Positions 15,799 to 20,000 of a DNA stretch of 20,000 bases are shown piece after piece. Position 1 is the first letter of the stretch; each line of letters opens with the position of its first letter. Below the pieces are notes generated by a model. It searched no databases, was not told where the DNA came from, and saw nothing but the letters and a program-made list of their open reading frames with translations. The translations under genes were made by a program, and so were the position numbers. The stretch comes from an uncultured virus (IMG/VR IMGVR_UViG_2863298641_000001) (taxonomy: Duplodnaviria; Heunggongvirae; Uroviricota; Caudoviricetes): the IMG/VR virus record IMGVR_UViG_2863298641_000001. One strand, given 5' to 3'.

Positions 15799-16523
15799 CG
15801 GGCCACCTGCTTCCGGGCCGCGTCGTACTGGGCGATGCCCCAGGAGGCCGCGTAGCACTGGTAGACGAAGTGGTAGTCCAGCTTGTGGACGCGCCACTCG
15901 CAGACGTCGGAGAAGCGGAAGCCACCCGTCTCTCGGGTCTTGACCTTGTGCTTGTCGCCGTCTTCCTTGTGGCTGAGCACCTTCCAGGTGATTGCGTCGC
16001 CGTAGGAGTCGAAGTCCTCGAAGAGGCCGCACTCACACTCTGCGCGGTACGTCATTCCGTGCTCGAACTCGGCGACCAGCTGCATGGCCATGTCCTTGCT
16101 GTGCAGCCAGTCACTCTCGAGGATCTGCTCGCGGACCGCAGCCCGCAGGCCGCGCGGCGCACCCTCCTTGACCGCCTCGGCGACCTCCTCCTTGACCTGC
16201 TTCACGAGGCGGTCCTGGTCGTACTCGCGAACCGAGTCGACCCCGTTGACCAGCTTCGACGCCCACGACCTCGGCTCGACGCGGATGCCGCGCAGCCAGT
16301 CGAACATGTCCTCGGTGTCCGGGCCGAACCGCTCGAAGTGGAACGAGCCGTGCGAGCCGGCGACCAGGAGGTTGTACGGCCACGTCACCAGGATGATCCG
16401 GGACCACCCCTGTAGGGCCTTGAACTCGACGTGCCGGAACACACCCTCCTCGCGGAGCTCGATCAGCTTGCCGTCCTTCACGTCACGGGCGACGTGGGCG
16501 GCGATCTCGGCGTACTCGCTCAT
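15795..16523 (-). CDS. Conserved-type phage hypothetical protein (242 aa)
   Basis: G.FRH..F...ILVTWP..L.V.G..G.F.F.R...DMFDW pattern resembles a widespread phage family; GAGG RBS. Confidence 0.85.
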   Translation of the reverse strand: MSEYAEIAAHVARDVKDGKLIELREEGVFRHVEFKALQGWSRIILVTWPYNLLVAGSHGSFHFERFGPDTEDMFDWLRGIRVEPRSWASKLVNGVDSVREYDQDRLVKQVKEEVAEAVKEGAPRGLRAAVREQILESDWLHSKDMAMQLVAEFEHGMTYRAECECGLFEDFDSYGDAITWKVLSHKEDGDKHKVKTRETGGFRFSDVCEWRVHKLDYHFVYQCYAASWGIAQYDAARKQVAR

Positions 16524-16735
16524 GCGGTCACCTCGGGCAGCGGCTCGTAGGAGATGCGGCCGTCGCCGTACACGGTCACCGAGGCGACCGCACCTGGCAT
16601 GGCTTCCGGCATGCCCTGCGTGCCGTGGAACACGACCTGTAGCCGGTTACCGAACCCCGGCATGATGTGGATCTCGGTGACGTCGGAGCCCAGCGGCTCG
16701 ATCAACGGGGACGTGGGGTGAGATGATGCAGGCAT
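16520..16735 (-). CDS. Hypothetical protein (71 aa; alternative start at 16756)
   Basis: GAAGGG RBS before MPASS; ATGA overlap with the next gene. Confidence 0.7.
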   Translation of the reverse strand: MPASSHPTSPLIEPLGSDVTEIHIMPGFGNRLQVVFHGTQGMPEAMPGAVASVTVYGDGRISYEPLPEVTA

Positions 16736-16816
16736 AGGTCTGCCCTTCTTCTTCACGGATGGTGTGGGTGGATCTGGCCGTCTCGGGTCGCAACCGGGGC
16801 GGCCTCTTTGCTGCCG

Positions 16817-17110
16817 TCAGGCGGCGGCGCGGGCCGGCTTCTCGAACGGGCGAACGGTGTAGCGCTCGACGAGGGCCACGATCTGGGCGCCGGTGAGGTA
16901 GTTGTCGCGGCCGTTGAAGACGTAGTCGATTTCTCGCCGCCGGATCAGGTCGATGAGCGTCCGGTACGAGAACGGCGTCCAGCGGGCGGCTTCGGCCGGC
17001 GTGTAGTGGAAGTAGAGGCCCTCGGCTGTCTGCGGGGCTGGGAGGTTGTCGCGGACCTTGGGGGCGGGCCGCTTGCTGGTCGCGGTCTTCGTGGCCTTGG
17101 GGGCGGTCAC
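16817..17110 (-). CDS. Excisionase/RDF-like HTH DNA-binding protein (97 aa)
   Basis: YTPAEAA..SYRTL.DLIRRREI...GR..YLT..QI pattern of MerR-like Xis; immediately after cro; AAGGAG RBS. Confidence 0.8.
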   Translation of the reverse strand: MTAPKATKTATSKRPAPKVRDNLPAPQTAEGLYFHYTPAEAARWTPFSYRTLIDLIRRREIDYVFNGRDNYLTGAQIVALVERYTVRPFEKPARAAA

Positions 17111-17313
17111 GGCTTCTCCTTGTGGGTGATGTCGTCAGGGGTGACACCCAGGGCTTCCGCGACCTTGGAGATGTTGTCGTCTCCGAGTCCGGCAAGGCCC
17201 CGCTCGACGCGGGAGAGATGGCCTTTGTTTATGCCGGTGAGCTTTGAGAGCGTGGCAAGGCTCATACGTAGAGCCCCCCTTCTGAAGCGGATAGCGCTGG
17301 GGTGCGGTCTCAC
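17107..17313 (-). CDS. Cro-like XRE HTH protein (68 aa)
   Basis: IRFRR..MSLATLSKLTGINKGHLSRVERG..ISKVAEALGV..DDI; divergent from the repressor. Confidence 0.9.
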   Translation of the reverse strand: MRPHPSAIRFRRGALRMSLATLSKLTGINKGHLSRVERGLAGLGDDNISKVAEALGVTPDDITHKEKP

Positions 17314-17527
17314 GCTCTAGAAGCTAGACGGTAGTGCAGCGGTAAGCAAGCGGTAGAGCAACATTAGGGCTCTACTTTCTAGCAGCAGGGGGCGCGAAGT
17401 CCCATAGCTGCCGCTCCGCCGCGTGCGCCCCATGCAACCCAAACGCTCTATTTGCGGTCAGCGATGCTGGTCAATAGGCCTGAACCCGGCTGGGCGGTTG
17501 CATGGCAGTAGTGCATGATGTGGAGAC
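17314..17527. promoter_or_regulatory. Lysis/lysogeny switch region with operator-like repeats
   Basis: GTAGAGC-N9-GCTCTAC (17353-17375); CGGTA x3 at 11-bp period (17329, 17340, 17351); CCATGCAACC/GGTTGCATGG inverted pair (17430, 17496). Confidence 0.75.
17321..17349 (-). promoter_or_regulatory. Early lytic promoter (leaderless cro transcript)
   Basis: Minus strand reads TTGCTT-17 bp-TAGCTT, then 7 nt to the GTG start; no RBS. Confidence 0.7.
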
Positions 17528-18067
17528 ATGGACCGTGAACGAGAGTGGAATCTCTCAAACTGGGAACGGCTCGGCCGCACCTTCGCCGCCGCACGCCGGG
17601 ACAAGGGCCTCACGCAGCAGGAAGCTGCGGACGCACTCCACGTTTCCCGCGCACCGATCCAGGCCATCGAACGCGGTCGCCAGTCCAACGGCACCGACTT
17701 CAGCAAGGTCACGCGCACCATGCGGGACTACGCGCGCCTGGTCGGCTGGACGGCCGACTCTCCGAGCCGCATCCTCGACGGCGAGGAACCGGAGCCCGAC
17801 GTGCAGCCCGTCCCGGTCCAGCCCGAGCCTGCCCCATCCGATCTGCCGCCGGCTGTCGACCGTGAGCTCCGCTCGGGCAAGACCCTCGATCACACCGTGG
17901 TCCACATGGGGAGCGAGGAGGATGACGACACCCGCATCATCGTCGTCCTCAAGGGGGCCGAGGACATCAGCGAAGAGGAGCTCGACGAGCTCTGGCGGAA
18001 GTGGCGCAGGACTCGGCGTCACCTTCAGGCGATGCCCGGCGAAACGGACGCCCCGACGGAGTCGTGA
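17528..18067 (+). CDS. Immunity repressor, XRE-family HTH (179 aa)
   Basis: WERLG..AARRDKGLTQQEAADALHVSRAPIQAIERG; divergent from cro, upstream of the integrase. Confidence 0.88.
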   Translation: MDREREWNLSNWERLGRTFAAARRDKGLTQQEAADALHVSRAPIQAIERGRQSNGTDFSKVTRTMRDYARLVGWTADSPSRILDGEEPEPDVQPVPVQPEPAPSDLPPAVDRELRSGKTLDHTVVHMGSEEDDDTRIIVVLKGAEDISEEELDELWRKWRRTRRHLQAMPGETDAPTES

Positions 18068-18167
18068 GATTGTTTCGGCCTCAACAGGTCGACTGTGACT
18101 CAATAGTGTGCTTCGATCTACATACCGTCACCGAGGGGGGGCACTGCTCGGATCGGGGTAACTGCGC

Positions 18168-18581
18168 ATGTGGGTTATGCACGTTGAGCGTGTCAAGGGT
18201 GACTACGTAGAGCCCGAGATCATCGATCTCGAAGACGGCAGCGGGTGCGTATTCCGGCTGCACGAGACAGACATAAGCGAAGACGGAGCCGAGCCGCTCT
18301 CGCGCCTGCTCACCGAGCAGGCCCAGTTCTGGGCCCCCCGGCCGCCCGGCTCCCCGCTCGGCCCCGTCGTGCTCGTCACCTGGGAGCGCATTCCCAAGCC
18401 GGCCGACCGGCTGGAGATCGGCGTCGAGGACTGCTCGAAGTCCATCACCTACACGGTGGACCCGTCGCTTCTCAGCCAGCGCGCCGCGGACTACCTCGGC
18501 CGGCTCGACACGGAGCGCTCTCCGCACTGGCAGCGAGTACCCAAGGGCTACCACGACAGCGACACTGGTGCCGATAGCTGA
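18168..18581 (+). CDS. Hypothetical lysogeny-module protein with internal tandem duplication (start 18168 or 18177)
   Basis: Two ~55-aa similar halves; lies between repressor and integrase. Confidence 0.78.
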   Translation: MWVMHVERVKGDYVEPEIIDLEDGSGCVFRLHETDISEDGAEPLSRLLTEQAQFWAPRPPGSPLGPVVLVTWERIPKPADRLEIGVEDCSKSITYTVDPSLLSQRAADYLGRLDTERSPHWQRVPKGYHDSDTGADS

Positions 18582-18596
18582 TCGCAAGGGGGCACC

Positions 18597-19856
18597 GTGG
18601 CCTACGCCGAAAAGGTCTTCAAGGTCCGCAACGGGAAGAAGACCACCAAGTTCACGTGGCGCGTCAAGTACAAGAGACCTGACGGCAGCTGGGGCTCGGA
18701 GTCGGGCTTCCCCACCAAGAAGCTCGCAGAGGACTGGGGCGACCAGCAGGAGGCTGCGATCCGTGAAGGCCGCTGGGTCGACCCCGACCTGGCGCGCACC
18801 ACGTTCGGCACGTTCGTCGCCGAGTGGATGGAAGCACAGAAGCCGCGCGGCCGGACGACGATGAACCGGTGGGAGCGCCTGGAGACGCACCTCCTTCCCA
18901 AGTGGAAGGACACGCCGCTCATCGCGCTCAACTGGTTCGACGTCGAAGCCTGGGCCCGGGTGCTGGCGCTCACGGTGGCCCGCAGCACGGTGCGGGACTG
19001 CGTGCAGCTGATGAGCCGCATCGTCAATGGGGCCGTCGACAAGCGCTACCTGACCGTGAACCCGCTCGCTGGCCGTCGCCTCACCGGCCTGCCCGCCGAC
19101 ATCGTGAAGAAGAAGTCGGACGAGGAGCAGGTCTTTGAGCCTGAGGTGGTGCTGCAGCTGGCCCGGCGTCTCGGCCCGGTGTACGGGCTGCACGTCGTCA
19201 CCGCCGCCTGGACGGGGCTGCGGTGGGAAGAGCTGACGGGCCTGCACCGGCGCAACGCGCTGCTGGAACGGCGGCAGAAACACGACGGCGGCGAGTTCAC
19301 CTGCCCGGTCATCCGCATCGACAAGACCGACGGCGCGCTCGCCGAGTACACGGTCCGCACCAACGAAGGCAAGCGGAAGGCATACCGCGGCCTCGAGCCA
19401 CCGAAGAACCAGAAGAGCGCCCGGGATGTGGACGTGCCGCCGTTCCTCGCCCAACTGCTGGAGAAGCACCTCGCCGACTGGCCGCACGACTTCGTGTTCA
19501 CGACGAAGAAGGGCACCTGGTGGTGGCGCAGCTACTGGTTCGAGGTGCTGCGCCCCGCCGCCGACGGGCGGGACGAGCGCCTCCCGGGCCGCGGCCGGCC
19601 CGCCTGCCCGGAGTGGGAGCCGATCGCGCGGGGCCTAACGATGCGGGACCTCAGGCACACGCACGACTCGTGGCAGGAGCAGATCGGGGTGGCGCCGGTG
19701 CTGGGGTACGAACAGATGGGGCACAAGTACCCTGGCATCAAGGGCACGTACCGCCACCCGACGCCGCCGATGCGCAAGCAGCGGTTGCAGGGGTTGCAGG
19801 AGCTGTATGAGCGGGCGATGCGGAACCTGGGGTGGGGGAGCATCTGGGAGGGCTAG
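18597..19856 (+). CDS. int: Tyrosine recombinase / phage integrase (419 aa)
   Basis: N-terminal arm-binding domain (WRVKYKRPDG..SGFPTKK.A); catalytic TGLRW.E, PPKN, RDLRHTH, MGH and TYRH motifs. Confidence 0.96.
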   Translation: MAYAEKVFKVRNGKKTTKFTWRVKYKRPDGSWGSESGFPTKKLAEDWGDQQEAAIREGRWVDPDLARTTFGTFVAEWMEAQKPRGRTTMNRWERLETHLLPKWKDTPLIALNWFDVEAWARVLALTVARSTVRDCVQLMSRIVNGAVDKRYLTVNPLAGRRLTGLPADIVKKKSDEEQVFEPEVVLQLARRLGPVYGLHVVTAAWTGLRWEELTGLHRRNALLERRQKHDGGEFTCPVIRIDKTDGALAEYTVRTNEGKRKAYRGLEPPKNQKSARDVDVPPFLAQLLEKHLADWPHDFVFTTKKGTWWWRSYWFEVLRPAADGRDERLPGRGRPACPEWEPIARGLTMRDLRHTHDSWQEQIGVAPVLGYEQMGHKYPGIKGTYRHPTPPMRKQRLQGLQELYERAMRNLGWGSIWEG

Positions 19857-19876
19857 TCTCCTGAATCTCTCCTAAA
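19857..19876. repeat. Tandem TCTCCT(G/A)AA repeats, putative integrase arm-type sites
   Basis: TCTCCTGAA at 19857 and TCTCCTAAA at 19868 (11-bp period), immediately after the int stop. Confidence 0.55.
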
Positions 19877-19900
19877 CGATCAGTTTCCGCAGTGGACACG

Positions 19901-19999
19901 TCAAGACTCTGAGGTTCCGTTGCTGGTCAGGGCCTCGTCGGCGAGGCTTTCGTGGTGTCTGATCACTTCAGCGATGATGAAGTTCAGGAACTTCTCGGC
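19901..19999 (-). CDS. 3' end of a converging ORF entering from the right (…AEKFLNFIIAEVIRHHESLADEALTSNGTSES*), possibly the host target gene
   Basis: Open frame to the window edge; the first nine visible codons all end in G/C. Confidence 0.45.
   Translation of the reverse strand, partial: AEKFLNFIIAEVIRHHESLADEALTSNGTSES
19932..19951 (+). terminator. Short hairpin with T-tail downstream of the integrase
   Basis: GCCTCG-tcgg-CGAGGC followed by TTTC. Confidence 0.4.
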
Positions 20000-20000
20000 G

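Larger units (their letters stand above)
1..19975. mobile_element. Prophage early region (integration/immunity, recombination and replication modules); left end extends beyond the window, right boundary approximate
   Basis: Integrase-repressor // cro-xis divergent switch, then RecE-like/Sak4-like pair, MTase, rep-DnaC-DnaB and dozens of short ORFs with ATGA/GTGA overlaps on one strand. Confidence 0.93.

Noticed and set aside
18081..19487. 468-aa minus-strand ORF
   Set aside because: Antisense shadow of the integrase
1..19856. bldA-dependent TTA codons as a developmental control
   Set aside because: The TTA/TAA occurrences I inspected by eye were out of frame; none found in frame, though the check was not exhaustive
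19857..20000. tRNA gene as integration target
   Set aside because: No T-loop (GTTCGAA-type) or cloverleaf seen in the visible sequence

Overview
This window is the early half of a temperate actinophage-type prophage. The DNA is very GC-rich and looks Streptomyces-like, which is an inference from composition and gene style. At the right end is the lysogeny module on the + strand: an XRE repressor, a small two-repeat protein, and a tyrosine integrase, followed by a probable att junction at about 19860-20000. That junction may lie inside the 3' end of a converging gene. A divergent, apparently leaderless cro promoter drives a roughly 17 kb, largely translationally coupled minus-strand operon. 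It encodes a Cro-like protein, an Xis-like protein, many small hypothetical and Cys-rich proteins, a RecE-like PD-(D/E)XK exonuclease, a Sak4-like AAA ATPase, a free-standing HNH endonuclease, HTH regulators, an orphan C5 DNA methyltransferase, a replication initiator, a DnaC-like loader and a DnaB helicase. The initiator carries an internal array of perfect palindromes plus an AT-rich tract (putative origin), interrupted by a 97-N assembly gap. No CRISPR, RNA genes, reverse transcriptase or structural genes were seen. The most interesting signals are the palindromic in-frame iteron origin, the HNH gene flanked by a duplicated RBS, dispersed GTAGAGC operator-like sites, the non-protease tandem-repeat protein between repressor and integrase, and the possible integration into a gene's 3' end. 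Family assignments come from motif recognition by eye, not database searches.
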